In this document: piece by piece, positions 36,193-49,979 of the stretch | Numbering within the stretch: position 1 is the stretch's first letter | Layout of the letters: each line of letters starts with the position of its first letter | Source of the DNA: Octopus vulgaris | Lineage: Eukaryota | Direction of reading: 5' to 3' | DNA length: 64,000 nucleotides | Assembly (NCBI GenBank): GCA_951406725.2 | Contig: OX597837.1 | Location: forward strand, 22,630,001 to 22,694,000 | The notes under the pieces: generated by a model | The model's database searches: none | The model's input: only the letters and a program-made list of their open reading frames with translations | Told to the model about the DNA's origin: nothing | Position numbers and translations under genes: made by a program

Positions 36193-36605
36193 AGGCGCAG
36201 GAGTGGCTGTGTGGTAAGTAGCTTGCTTACCAACCTCATGATTCCGGGTTCAGTCCCACTGTGTGGCATCCTGGGCAAGTGTCTTCTGCTATAGCCTCAG
36301 GCCGACCAATGCCTTGTGAGTGGATTTGGTAGACAGAAACTGAAAGAAGCCTGTCGTATATATGTATATATATATGTATGTGTGTGTATGTTTGTGTGTC
36401 TGTTTGTCCCCCTAGCATTGCTTGACAACCGATGCTGGTGTGCTTACATCCCCGTCACTTAGCGGTTCAGTAAAAGAGACCGATAGAATAAGTACTGGGC
36501 TTACAAAGAATAAGTCCCGGGGTTGATTTGCTCGACTAAAGGCGGTGCTCCAGCATGGCCGCAGTCAAATGACTGAAACAAGTAAAAGAGTAAAAGAGAA
36601 AGAGT
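36193..36605 (+). mobile_element. Full-length SINE family 1 followed by (GA)n (36614-36688)
   Basis: Matches the 15067-15500 copy. Confidence 0.9.
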
Positions 36606-36609
36606 ATGC

Positions 36610-36691
<82 letters not shown>

Positions 36692-37155
36692 TATATAAAA
36701 GTATTGTCTGTTAATTATCCTAAAGAAAAAAAAAAGTCTTAGAAATCTGTGAGATTAAATTAGTTTAGAAATTTTCTGTGGCAAATTACTTGTAAAGTAA
36801 AATAAAGGTTGTGTCTTTCATTTCTTTGTGATTTGATAATTAGTAATGTAAATAATGAGGCATTAAAGAAAACTCACAAACGTGAATCCAGTATTATCTT
36901 TTACTTCTTACAGTCATTGGACCGTGGCCATCCTGGATCACTGCCTTGAAGGATTTTAGTCAAATGGATTGACCACCCCCAGTACTTATCTATTTTTTTG
37001 TTAAGCCAGGTACTTATTCTATTAGTCTCTTATACTGAAGTACTAAGTTATGGAGATGTAAACAAACTAACACCAGTTGTCAAGTGGTAGTGGAGGACAA
37101 ACACAAAGAGACACACACACACATGATGGACTTCTGCTTCTTTCAGTTTCTGCCT

Positions 37156-37907
37156 ATCAAAACCACTCACGAGGCTTTGGTTGGCCCAGGGCTATAGCAG
37201 AAGATACCTGCCCAAGGTGTCACAGGGGGACTGGATCCAGAACCATGTAGTTGAAAGCAAACTTCTCACCACACCTGACCCTTTTTTGTCCAACATAATT
37301 TTTAATCAAAACCACTCACGAGGCTTTGGTTGACCCAGGGCTATGGCAGAAGATACCTGCCCAAGGTGTCACAGGGGGACTGGATCCAGAACCATGTAGT
37401 TGAAAGCAAACTTCTCACCACACCTGACCCTTTTTTGTCCAACATAATTTTTAATCAAAACCACTCACGTGGCTTTGGTTGACCCAGGGCTATGGCAGAA
37501 GATACCTGCCCAAGGTGTCACAGGGGGACTGGATCCAGAACCATGTAGTTGAAAGCAAAGTTCTCACCACACCTGACCCTTTTTTGTCCACCATAACTTT
37601 TAATCAAAACCACTCACGAGGCTTTGGTTGACCCAGGGCTATGGCAGAAGATACCTGCCCAAGGTGTCACAGGGGGACTGGATCCAGAACCATGTAGTTG
37701 AAAGCAAAGTTCTCACCACACCTGACCCTATTTTGTCCATCATAACTTTTAATCAAAACCACTCACGAGGCTTTGGTTGACCCAGGGCTATGGCAGAAGA
37801 TACCTGCCCAAGGTGTCACAGGGGGACTGGATCCAGAACCATGTAGTTGAAAGCAAACTTCTCACCACACCTGACCCTTTTTTGTCCATCATAATTTTTA
37901 TATCAAA
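37156..37907. repeat. 5 x 149-bp tandem array made of an old SINE 5' end plus flank
   Basis: Units start atcaaaaccactcac at 37156, 37305, 37454, 37603 and 37752; ATCAAA recurs at 37902. Confidence 0.93.
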
Positions 37908-38803
37908 TTTTTACACCAACACAAAACTATCACAAATTTGCGCAGGACAGGAATAAGTAGTTGAATTGATTATTATATTGTTGATAACTCCAGTACTTGA
38001 CTGGTATTTTATTTTAACCCTTTGGTGCATGGCTCAGCAGTTAAAGCATTGGGCTCACAATCATGAGGTAGTGAGTTTGATTCCTGAACCAGGCTGTGTG
38101 TTGTGCTCTTGAGCAAGACACTTTATTTCAAGTTGCCCAAGTTCACTCAGCTGTAGAAATGAGTTGTGATGTCTCTGGTGCCAAGCTGTATCAGTATTTG
38201 TCTTTTCCTTGGATTACATTGGTGGCATGGAAAGGGGAAGCTGGTATGTATGGGTGACTGCTGGTCTTCCATAAACAACCTTGCCTGGAATTGTGCCTCA
38301 GAGGGGAACTTTCTAGGTGCAATTCCATGGTCATTCATGACCAAAGTGGGGTCTTTACCCTTTATCTGGCCCTAATATTATATCTGTTTTACATTCAAAT
38401 CAGCCAGGTTTAGCCTTTTATACCTACCTTACAATGTTAATCTAAAAATAAGCAACCACATCCTCAGAATCTCAAAGCTAAGAGATGTATGATTAATTCG
38501 AAACAATGTGAATAAACAAGCATTGTATTTGACAGAGTAATCTGAATACTAAAAGGTTAAAGGCTCCGACATGATCGAAAGAGAAGCTGGGTTCAAATCC
38601 TGCCAAAGTCAATTTTGCTTCTTATCCTTTTGATAGTATTTGAACTCAGAATATAATGGAATGTAAATTAATACTACAAATGTTTTTTTTTTCTCAGGGG
38701 CCATCCTGTTTATTAATTAGTGAGATAATGAGAAATGCTGATAAAAGAGCAGATACAAATGCAGAGAAAAGGAAGAAATGTTGAAAAGTGGAAAGATAGT
38801 AAC

Positions 38804-38925
38804 CTGTTTTGTTCGAGCCACTTCACCGCCAACTGATGTAGACTGGGCCGTGAGATGATGCATACCGCCAGAGCCAGCAATAAATTTGGCCATACCTTTT
38901 GCAGCTTTTCCACTGGTCTCACCGA
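38804..38925 (-). CDS. STXBP5: Tomosyn exon
   Basis: (F)GETSGKAAKGMAKFIAGSGGMHHLTAQSTSVGGEVARTKQ; acceptor atttcAG; donor GTTACT; 122 bp, phase 1 to 0. Confidence 0.93.
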
Positions 38926-40434
38926 CTGAAATATGAGATGATGAAAATATTTGAACAATACAACGTCATAAAATATATGCACTGCATATTGCCCCTCTAC
39001 TAAATTCTATCTCATCTTGTCTGAGGCCCAAGATCTTGAGATCTAAACTTACCACATCATCTTATATGTTTCTCTATCACTAATGCCTTGCATTTAGCAC
39101 ACCATTTTGTTGTCTTTAAGTCAATGTCATCCTTAAGGTTCAATCAATTTCTCAAGGCATCAGTATTCCAGACTCTGTGAAAGTTACTACTATCTTCAAC
39201 AAATCACACTTGAATCACTCCCCCCGCCTCCCAGATTTCGTACATTCAAAGTTCCATGCGCCATCATCATCATCATCATCAGTTAAGATCTATTTTTTCC
39301 ATGCTGACATGGGTTGCATAGTTTGACAGGATCTATGCAAGCTGTAGGGCTGTGCTGAGTTCCAATGTCAGCTTTGGCATGGTTTCTATGGCTGGATGCC
39401 TTTCCATATACCAACCACATTACAGTGTACTGGGTATTTTACTTTTGTACCACTTGTATACCATCAAACACGGGTATACCACAAAGAGTATCCAGTGTAT
39501 TGCAGATTTTTAAAAATAAACTTCAAGGCTTTAGAAAATCTATATCAATGCTTGAAAATCATGAAAAAAAAACAAAACAAAAAAACCCCTCATTTATAAT
39601 TTAGTCACACACAAGTATGATAAATAAAACAAAATAAACAATAGATTTCTGCATTTTCCCCCCTAAACTTTCAATTTCAAAATATAGTTTTAAAAATATT
39701 TCAATATAAAGTACACCTGTAATTTTAACTTTCCATAAAAAAAAATAAAAACACCATCCGAGCGTGGCCGTCTGCCAGCCTCGTCTGGCACCTGTGTCGG
39801 TGGCACATAAAAAACACCATCCGAGCGTGGCCGTCTGCCAGCCTCGTCTGGCACCTGTGTTGGTGGCACATAAAAGCACCCACTACACTCACGGAGTGGT
39901 TGGCGTTAGGAAGGGCATCCAGCTGTAGAAACACTGCCAGATCTGACTGGCCTGGTGCAGCCTTCGGGCTTCCCAGACCCCAGTTGCACCGTCCAACCCA
40001 TGCCAGCATGGAAAGCGGACGTTAAACGATGATGATGATGATGATGATGATAGAAAAGTGTCTAATTTTTTGTTTCATCTCCATTTCACCACAAAGTCAA
40101 AAAGATTTGAGACCCTGGAATAGTATTACACTTCTTATACCTACTTTGGTCTACCTCCATTTGCAGTTCCCACAGCTTTTCTACATTCAATGTTCCATTA
40201 CCAATTAGCAGACTTTTTCCCAATCAGCCTTTCTTAGTTTCAACAGATCTTCACATCTAATGCTCTGTATTTTACTATCATCGTTCTTTTTACTGTTTGC
40301 ATGTTGGGGGCGAAAAAAGAAACAAACTTTTATTGCCCACCGAGGTTGCAGCTATCTAATGATAATGGCTTATAAGAAAGACACAAAGGCACATTTACAA
40401 AAAAGGGATTTAGTTGAAGTAATGGTGTCTGACT

Positions 40435-40830
40435 TTACTCTCTCTCTTTACTCTCTTTTACTTGTTTCAGTCATTTGACTGCAGCCATGCTGGAGCACCG
40501 CCTTTAGTTGAGCAAATCGACCCTGTGAATTATTCTTTATAAGCCCAGTACTTATTTTATCGGTCTCTTTTGCTGAACCACTAAGTGACGGAGACGTAAA
40601 CACACCAGCATCGGTTGTCAAGCAATGCTAGGGGGACAAACACATACATATATTTATATACATATATACGACAGGCTTCTTTCAGTTTCCGTCTACCAAA
40701 TCCACTCACAAGGCATTGGTCGACCTGGAGCTATAGCAGAAGACACTTGCCCAAGATGCCACGCAGTGGGACTGAACCCAGAACCATGTGATTGGTTAGC
40801 AAGCTACTTACCACACAGCCACCCCTGCGC
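40435..40830 (-). mobile_element. Full-length SINE family 1
   Basis: Reverse complement of the family-1 copies. Confidence 0.9.
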
Positions 40831-41733
40831 CTGGAACTTATTTAATCAAAGTTTGAAGAATGAGAGACTAAGGTTATGCAGGTGACATTTGAACTTAGCT
40901 GTGTGCTAGACTGCATAACTTGCAGCATTTGGTTGCATGTATAGTGACATCACTTTGACTACTGATATTTTAATTCCTTCTCGTCATGTGTGTAGTTTTG
41001 ACCAATCAGAGATGAGTAATCTATGAAGCCTAATCTCCCTATAAACACATGTGCAAAAACTTTACTCATCCTTTTGTTTTGGGGTTGACAGCATTTATTT
41101 GACACAAGCAAGTCTTCCCCAGTTTCTAACATTTTATCTGACAGCAATCACATGTCAGGGTTTATTTTGCTCACATTAGTTCTCTTGATAACAGTTAATT
41201 TTTATCTCAGCACAACCTCAACATTAGTTTAACCATTAACTGTATAACATTTAATTAAACTAGCCACATCCAGCCAAATATTCTGTTTTATGCTCAAGCT
41301 GTCGAGATCTAGCCTCTTACACCTACCCTACAATGTAATTCTAAAAATATACAATTACACCATCAAAATCTCAAAGCCATGAGAAAAAGTATAATTAATT
41401 TGACACAATGGGAATATTAAATTTAACAGAATAATCTGAATGCTAAAGGGTTAAACACACACACATGCACACACACTCACTTGACTGACTTTTCTTCATA
41501 TGTTAACCATATATTTATTTGCAAGCATTGAAATAGCAATGCAAATAATTACATTGGCAAGAAAACATGAAAATATCTCTGTACATTGTCCATAACATTT
41601 CGACAACATCCATTATCTAAATGACTTATCGATGAACATGCCCACACTTTTATGTTTAAACTTCTATGGTTGCAAATAAATATATAGAATTTTCCATGTT
41701 TGTATTCAATATTTAACCTGTACTCTTAAACCA

Positions 41734-42095
41734 TTCGAGCTTTGGTGTTGGAGAAGACTTTTACGGATTCCATGGACAGCGAGGCTCACCAATGGAGAAG
41801 TTCTTAAGCAGATCAGGCTGAAAATGTCACTAGAAGCTAGGATCACCAAGCATAGATTGGCATATTTCGGTCATGTTATGCGGAGAAAATCCCTGGAGAA
41901 GGACATCATGCTCGGAATGGTCAGTGGCAAGAGAGGAAGAGGCCGACCAAGAACCCGCTGGCTTGACACCATCAAGAGTGATACTGGAATGGACATAGCC
42001 AATCTAAAAGAAGCAGCCCAGGATAGAACTGACTGGAGGACAATGATCCAACGGGTAACTGAGAGTCAACTTTGACTGAGCGGATACATAGATAG
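41734..42095 (+). mobile_element. 5'-truncated RTE (BovB-like) LINE with TSD
   Basis: FELWCWRRLLRIPWTAR...RLAYFGHVMRRKSLEKDIMLG...GRGRPRTRWLD; TSD ACTCTTAAACCA at 41722-41733 and 42096-42107. Confidence 0.9.
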
Positions 42096-42659
42096 ACTCT
42101 TAAACCACATGCTGTAGAACTACTTTAGATTTATAACACCAGCAAGAGCCACTGAGATCTATTTTCCCATTTTCCCTGTTGCTAAATAGAAAAAATTAAG
42201 GAAAATTATATACAGCAAATTTTTGTTGTTACATGTATGAATGAACCCTATATATATATACTTTATATTCCTGTTTTTGCTACTTGGATTCACTCCAGAT
42301 CCATAATAATAATAACAAGGGCACTCAGAGAGCGCAAACCTCTGCCAAGGCAACACCAATGTCATGTCAACGATTAGCTGGAGATGATTTTTAAAATGAG
42401 AATATCTGAAATAAACTTGATTACTCTCAGAAATGAGAATACTAAAAATGAACCTGACTGCTCTTAAAAATTAAGTGAAAAAACAGGAAAAATAATCCAG
42501 AATTGTTGTCTGGTACCAGATTGATTCCAAAATCTAATCAGTTTGTGCCAGTCATGAGGCCAAACATTTCCAAAAGTTTCATTCAAATCCATCTTGTCCA
42601 TGGACAAACAAATACAACTGAAAACAGTACCTCCATCTTTGCTGAGGCAGAGGTAATAA

Positions 42660-43097
42660 TCCCTTCTACTATAGTAACAAAGCCTGAACTTTTTGGGTGA
42701 GGGGGGGGGGGGGTTAGTCGATTACATTAACCCCATTATTTTACTGGTACTTTATTTATTGACCCTGAAAGGATGAAAGGCAAAGTTGACCCTGATGGCA
42801 TTTGAGCTCAGAACATAAAGTCGGACGAAACACTGCCGATAGTTCGGCCAGCTCACCACCTTCTATAATAATAATAATAAATCTTTTCTACTAAAGGCAC
42901 AAGGCCTGAAATTTTGGGAGAGGGGACCAGTCAATTACATGGACCCCAGTGTTTATCTGGTACTCATTTTATTGGCCCCAAAAGAATGAAAGGTAAAGTC
43001 GATCTTGGCAGAATTTAAACTCAGAATGTGGAGACGGATGAAATGTAACTAAGCATTTTGCCCGGCATGCTAATGCTTCTGCCATCTCACTGCCTTC
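42660..43097 (-). mobile_element. Two adjacent SINE family 3 copies
   Basis: Each has ctaaaggcacaaggcctgaaatttt-like...gaaaggcaaagttgacc...gccagctcacc-like sequence; related copies at ~9330-9503, ~46706-46890 and ~57278-57610. Confidence 0.75.
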
Positions 43098-43174
43098 ATA
43101 ATAATGACGACGACGATGATGATATGATGATAATGAAGGATTTATTTTGAAGAAGAGTGTAGTGAACTACTTAC

Positions 43175-43299
43175 ATAATTCTTCTCTGTCAACAGTAACA
43201 CTACCACCACCAAACAGATTTTTGAAAAATCCTTGTTTAGGTGCTTCTGGAGTTTCACATGGCAGGAAAAGATCACCAAGCATTTCATTAAGATTTTGT
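43175..43299 (-). CDS. STXBP5: Tomosyn exon
   Basis: (R)QNLNEMLGDLFLPCETPEAPKQGFFKNLFGGGSVTVDREEL; AG/GTAAGT; 125 bp, phase 2 to 1. Confidence 0.96.
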
Positions 43300-45024
43300 C
43301 TGAAAGAATGAAGGAAACACAAACTGAACTGATTAATTCATTGATATCAATTTTTAACTATCAACAGCTGCAAATAACCCTTTAACCGTTTCGTTACCAA
43401 CCTGGCTGAAACCGGCTCTGGATCTGAGTACAAATATCTTGTTTTTATAAGTTTTGAATTAAAATTTTCCACCAAACCTTAGTCACAATTTATGTTCCTA
43501 ACACTAGCTGAATGATAAATAAGTTATTTTACTAAATTCTTTGTTATATTTAAAATTAATTGAAAGAAATACAGAGCATCTCAAAATAAATACAGTAACG
43601 AAAGGGTTAACATTTAAACTGGTCATATTTGGCCCTTATATACTTTACCTGTTATATGCTCAAATGGACCTGATCTGGTTTCACACACTACCCTATGATG
43701 TCATTAAAAACAATAAGCAAACTCACCACTGAAATCTTGAAGCTATGAGATAATGCGAATAAATAATCATTACATTTGCCAAAGTAATTTGAATGCTAAA
43801 GGATTAAAAATACTAAAGTTTTGTAGTTGTCATTACAATAGACACAGTTAAGGGACATAACTGCTTGACCCTGTCTGTTCTGAGTAACAGAATATTCTCT
43901 TATCTCACCCACAGCTGAATTGTTTGGTAGTGGAAATAATGCTATCAAGAACTCAAACTTTATAACAGCCATCGCATTGCGTCCTGGTTCTCATATACAA
44001 GGGGAGTAACTCAGCATACTTCACTGTCAGACTGAACAAAAAGCGACTCCACCAACTTTATGCAAGCAAAGAAAGATGGATTGCATTTAATGTTTCATTA
44101 ATATCTTTATTGTCACAGTCATATTGACACAAAGAGTTTTAAGTACAGCAGCTAATTATTTGAAATGTTAATTATTTTAATCAGACAAAACTTTACATAG
44201 AGTTAAATGTCTTTGTCCAGGGAGCTCTTTTTTAGGGAAAGCAGTGAAATGTATACAAATGGTTTCACAGTTTGGTCAGTTCATCTCACAACATACATTT
44301 ATTATGATTAGTTTAGAAGCCAATTTTCCAGAGAAGATTATAGTCATATGAATTAACTCCAATTTATTCCAACGTTTCTCCAAGAAGGATGACAAAAGTG
44401 AAATCTTACAGAAAAGATTCAAATACGGTAGTTGAAGCTAGACATTTTCTAAAAAAATTTTACTGACCATATTCCAGTTGACAGTACTCAATTCACAGAG
44501 TTTCACACATTACTAACCATGTTTCTATACATAATACATGGATGAAAATTATTCAGATTTGTGTGGTAGTTTGGTAACAACTAACAATCACAAAAAAAGT
44601 ACAAATATTTAAAAACTTCCTTTGGCAATGATTTCAAAATTTTAGTGCTTACATTTCAAAAGTTTACTGACATTGAAGTAAAAATTTAAAATCTTCTAAC
44701 AACAATGTCACAATTATATAATTTTCACTGATTGTTCATAAAAAAATAGACCCTTTGGTAGAATTTAATCATTAACCCGTTAGTATTTAAACCAGCCATA
44801 TCCGGCCAAAATAGCTAATCTGTTTTATGTTTAAACTGACCAGATCCAGGCCCTCACACCTACCCTACAATGTTATTCTACATTATGGTAATTACACCAT
44901 CAAGATCTTGAAGATATGAGATAATGCATGATTAATTCAAATCAATGGGAATCAATAAGCATTATGTTTGATTGAATAATCTGAACACTAAAGGGTTAAA
45001 GGAGAATAGTTTGAATTGACTTAC

Positions 45025-45120
45025 CTCATTTCAGCAGAATAAGTAACTTTTTGAAGTTCTGTAGGCGTACAAAGATACATAGCATGGCCATTGTTGCTGA
45101 AGCAGAAAGTTCGTGCAACT
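45025..45120 (-). CDS. STXBP5: Tomosyn exon
   Basis: (R)VARTFCFSNNGHAMYLCTPTELQKVTYSAEM; AG/GTAAGT; 96 bp, phase 2 to 2. Confidence 0.96.
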
Positions 45121-45869
45121 CTGTGGGAATATAGAAAAGAAAAAAGAAAAAGAAAGAGAAACAGCAATGTAGTTATTTCATATTAAAAATGAAAGAATTC
45201 TTCTTTGGTGTGAAGTTAATGGAAAGTAAGTAAAGTAGGCAGGAGAGAATGCAGGTATTTTATTTAGTCATATTGACCCTGGTGAGATTTGAACTCAGAA
45301 TACAGAAATCCAGAGCAAATACTTCCTATACCATAGTCTAATAACCCTTCCAATTTAACACTGCTTGTATATTGTGTGTGAGGTTCATAGATGTTATCTC
45401 TGGATGAATACCACAGTAGATTGCCTTTCAACAATGTGTATACATCAAGTATAATACATAAATGATTATTTAAATTTAATACTGCTCCTATTGCATATAA
45501 TGGATTTCTATTCAGTGGGACAGCTATTTGCAATATCAGTGAAAGTTTATTCCCTATTTCCTATATATTGGAGGTGACGAATCCCACTTATGTATGTGAC
45601 TCTCTGTGAGTATATGACGCTGACAAGGCCCAACAAAGCTGAAATGCATTTGGTGTTCTTGCTAGTTGCTGCTGAGGTTATTTTCATCTCCCTCTGGTAT
45701 ATTTTGTATTTTTAAACTTGGCATGTCCATAAGAGATATTATTTGTACAGTATTAATGTATTTACATGAAATATGGTACATAAATAGCTATAAAATTTTT
45801 ATTTTGTTATAATTTTCCTCTGATATATTTGTGAATATACAGCCATGATGTGTCAGCAGAAAGAATGAA

Positions 45870-46070
45870 AGTTGTACAGAATGGATGAATGAATGATGTA
45901 CAGAATGGAACAATGAAAGATGTACAGAATGGATGAATGAGACATATACAGAATAAAAGTTGTACAGAATGGATGAATAAATTATGTACAGAATGGAATA
46001 ATGGAACATATACAGAATGAATGAATTAAACAGAAAGAGAAAGGAAGAATGAAAGATGTACAAAATGGAA
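45870..46070. repeat. Degenerate ~20-bp minisatellite (gtacagaatggatgaatgaa) at an intron 5' end
   Basis: About 8-9 recurrences of tacagaat adjacent to the donor at 46085. Confidence 0.75.
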
Positions 46071-46085
46071 GAACTCAGAACTTAC

Positions 46086-46194
46086 CTTATCTCAGTGAGA
46101 GGCTGGAATGGTGCGTCCATTAAAGGTTTCAGACTGGGTAAACTGAAGGTTACGATGCGACCATTTGCAACATAACATGCAAGACAGACACTAT
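46086..46194 (-). CDS. STXBP5: Tomosyn exon
   Basis: (D)SVCLACYVANGRIVTFSLPSLKPLMDAPFQPLTEI; AG/GTAAGT; 109 bp, phase 1 to 2. Confidence 0.96.
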
Positions 46195-46211
46195 CTGTAA
46201 GAGGCAGAAGT

Positions 46212-46259
<48 letters not shown>

Positions 46260-46262
46260 CAT

Positions 46263-46434
46263 AGGCGCAGGAGTGGCTGTGTGGTAAGTAGCTTGCTTAC
46301 CAACCACATGGTTCCGGGTTCAGTCCCACTGCATAGCACCTTGGGCAAGTGTCTTCTACTATAGCCTAGGGCCAACCAAAGCCTTGTGAGTAGATTTGGT
46401 AGACGGAAACTGAAAGAAGCCCGTCGTATATATG

Positions 46435-46471
<37 letters not shown>

Positions 46472-46680
46472 CTGTGTTTGTCCCCCTAGCATTGCTTGAC
46501 AACCGATGCTGGTGTGTTTATGTCCCCATCACTTAGCGGTTCGGCAAAAGGGACCGATAGAATAAGTACTGGGCTTACAAAGAATAAGTCCCGGGGTCGA
46601 GTTGCTCGACTAAAGGTGGTGCTCCAGCATGGCCGCAGTCAACTGACTGAAACAAGTAAAAGAGTAAAGAGTAAGAGTAT
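46263..46680 (+). mobile_element. Full-length SINE family 1 inserted in (AAT)n, ~70 bp from a tomosyn acceptor
   Basis: Matches the family-1 copies; (AAT)n on both sides. Confidence 0.9.
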
Positions 46681-46956
46681 AATAATCATAATAATAATAA
46701 TAATAATCCTTTCTACTAAAGGCACAAGGCCTGAAATTTTGGGGAGTGGGGCTAGTTGATTACATTAACCCCGGTGTGCAACTGGTACTTGTTTCATCAA
46801 CCCTGAAAGGATGAAAGACAAAGTTGACCTCAATGGAATTAGAACTCAGTACATAAAGCCAGAAGAAATATCACAAAGTATTTCATCAAGAATAATAATA
46901 ATAATTATTATTATTATTAGTAGTAGTGGTAAAAAACACTTATTAAAAAATATTTA

Positions 46957-47335
46957 CACTACCGTCAGAAATTAATTAGCACCTTGATTTGCTCTTCACT
47001 CAAGGTATGTGCTGTCACCTAGTGGCCATATCTCGAACTATTGTTTTGTTGCGAGTTCACTGTTGCGCAGAACGATGACGTAACTTTGTTTGCAGAGCAG
47101 TTTGAGAGTCTACAGCCTTATGATGTTGACATAGCAGTGCAACAACAACTTGGAGTGCGGATGCAGACAAATCTTCCTTTGTTTAATAGATATAGGTAGC
47201 GCCTCGCAAGGACCGAAATCACACCATACTAAGTTTTCTCATCGCGTAAGACGTTTTGAACAGCTCATAGGTTAATTGATTTAACCTATTTAATGTAGAA
47301 ATTTGAGAAGTGCTAATTAATTTCTGACGCAAGTG
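46957..47335. mobile_element. Tc1/mariner-type non-autonomous element
   Basis: TA-CACTACCGTCAGAAATTAATTAGCAC ... GTGCTAATTAATTTCTGACGCAAGTG-TA. Confidence 0.8.
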
Positions 47336-48062
47336 TAGTTTTAAGATTTGTATATGGAATGAAAGATTTCTATGAAAATCTTTAGTTTCTGCTATAAATT
47401 ATGAAATTGTAAAGTGATGAAAGAGAACTTTTAAAAATTGAATAGAAAAAAAAAAACTAATTAAAAATCCCTGATAAACTAAAAGTGGGATGGTTGCACT
47501 ATTTAGGGCAGAATTTTATGGAGAAAAAGGGAGTTCATTTGGCAAGTGAATTCAAAATTCAAAATTCAATTTAAAAAATAAACATCTGAAAGCTTATCCT
47601 ATTTCATTTAAATTAATGGCTTTTCTAATTAAATTTTGAATATGATTAAAATTTGAAGATGAAGTTGTTTTGATAAAATATTAAAAAGTTTTTCCCTCCA
47701 TTATTAGCCCTTAAGTTTGCTTGGTGATACAATCATTCCAGTTTTATCACATAGCCCTTTTAACCCTTTAACCATTTAAATTGGTCATATCCAGTATTCT
47801 ATCTTATGTTCAAACCAGCATGATCAGGCCTCTTACACTTACCCTATAATGCCATTCTAAAAATAAACAATTGCATCATTGAAATATTGAAGCTATGATA
47901 TAATGCACGATTAATTCAAAACAGTTAATAAGTGAGCCTTACATTTGGCAGAGTAATCTGAATGCTAAAGGGTGAATGTAGAAACCAAATATATCCACTC
48001 AAAATTTTATTGATGTTAAATATGGAAATTAGTTTTACATACCAATCTCTCATTTATTAAGG

Positions 48063-48425
48063 TACTAGCAGTATCACCCGGTGTTGCTTGGGTTTGTTTC
48101 GACCCTTTAGAATTGGAATTTTTGAAAAGTAAAAATTTTGCATTGTGCACCTTGTTATTCTCTTCAAGTGAACATTTTTCCAGTTGAAATACACCGAAAA
48201 ATGGCGACACAGCAGTCAAAGATCGTAAAAAATAGGGATTTTCATAGAAAAAAAGCACCTTTTTGATGTAAATAATTTTTGGTGTTAACATGGTCCGATT
48301 TGAATTTTTTCTTCTATGGAATGAAGAGCAAGCCTTCTTCTATCATACTCTAGTGCTGCAGGGTCTTGGAGGAGATAGTGTTAGTTGAAGGCTACCAAAC
48401 CTGCCACACACAGACAACTTCAGCT

Positions 48426-48430
<5 letters not shown>
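48063..48430. mobile_element. Helentron-associated (HINE/DINE-1-like) element
   Basis: Starts ACTAGCAGTATCACCCGGTGTTGCTTGGG (short terminal hairpin) and ends acagacaacttcagctttatt into (TA)n; family assigned by pattern only. Confidence 0.5.
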
Positions 48431-48469
<39 letters not shown>

Positions 48470-48954
48470 ATATATATAATTTTGTGCAATTTTTGTGCAC
48501 ATATTTTGTGCAGTTTAAGGAGTATCTTTTACTTGGAGAGTGACCATGCTGGGGCACAACCTCAGAGGGTTTTAATTGAACAATTTGACCTCAGTAGTTG
48601 ATTTTTTTTTTTTTAGTTTGGTACTTATTCTATAAGTCACTCCATAGAAGCTTCTCAAGGGAGCCAAAAGCCTTTGTAGCAGACTGTATTTGCCTCTCAG
48701 CAGGCTTATTTTTAGTTTCCCTCTATTAAAATCCAGTTTCAAGGCTTTGGTCAGCCCATGGTAGAAGACACTTGTCTAAGATACCGTGCAGTAAGACTGA
48801 ATCCAAGATGACATAGCTGGAAAGCAAGATTCTTATCCACATAGCCATGCCTGCACCTAATCAATTTTGCAACAATTCCAAAGCTGACACCCATCCCCTC
48901 CTCTCCCCTCACATTGTTACACACTCCACAAAAGACTGGAACATATAAACTTAC

Positions 48955-49045
48955 CTTTGATTGACACAATCTCTGATTTAACAACAAAAGAAGTTTCTGT
49001 GATCTTCACCTTATATGCACACGTCTGAGAAGGTAAGGACATAAC
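48955..49045 (-). CDS. STXBP5: Tomosyn exon
   Basis: VMSLPSQTCAYKVKITETSFVVKSEIVSIK; AG/GTAAGT; 91 bp, phase 0 to 1. Confidence 0.96.
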
Positions 49046-49979
49046 CTGGAAACAAACAAAGGAGCAGAAATGTCAGTATCTTGCTTGTATGGAGAGAAAG
49101 AACAGCAGACATTTAAGATGTATATCAACAAGAGACAATGAAGAGATATGAGGACACCAACAACAGGTACAGCCTAGTGGTTATGATATTTATTTCACAA
49201 CCATAAGGAACTGGATTTGATTCTACTGTGTAGCATCTTGCATTAGTGCAATTACCATAGATTCAGGACGACCCAAGTGCTGTAAGCAATTCTGGGAAAA
49301 ATGGAGATAGTGTAGAAGCCCAGTGGATGGATTGTACCTGTAATTCAGAGGTACAACTTTGTCATGCACTGGTTGCAGTGTGTGACAAGGTTGTGTGACA
49401 AAGTGTCACAGTGATTCTACCTGAGAACTGCATTGTCTATGGGATATTCAACCACAAATATGCTAATTCAAGGAGTTGGCAGACCATCTGGGTGGTCTTA
49501 CATTGAAACTGATACAGCTAGAGTTCATCATATATTTAAAAGTACAGTAAAGAATCCCTTTTGGTCATGAATGAACATGGGATTGCACCTAGAAAGTTCC
49601 CCTCCAAGGCACAAGTCCAGGCAAGGTTGTTTATGGAAGACCAACAATCATCCATGCATACCAGCCTTCCTTCTCCATGCCAATGGTGTTATCCAAGGGA
49701 AAAACAAAGGCCAAAACAGCTTGGTACCAATAATGTTGCAACTCACTTTTGCAGCTGAGTGAACTGGAGTAACGTGAAATAAAGTGACTTGCTCAAGAAC
49801 TCAACACACTGTCCTGTCTGGGAAACAAACTCACTATTTCATAATAACAAATAAAGAAGAAATGCACAATTGACAGGTGACAAACTGGCAGAGTTGTTAG
49901 AGCACCAGACATCTTTCAAGGAGAAAATCATTTATAGTAAGTACATTAGATTTAGGTTCTTTTTACTTAAACTATCTCT

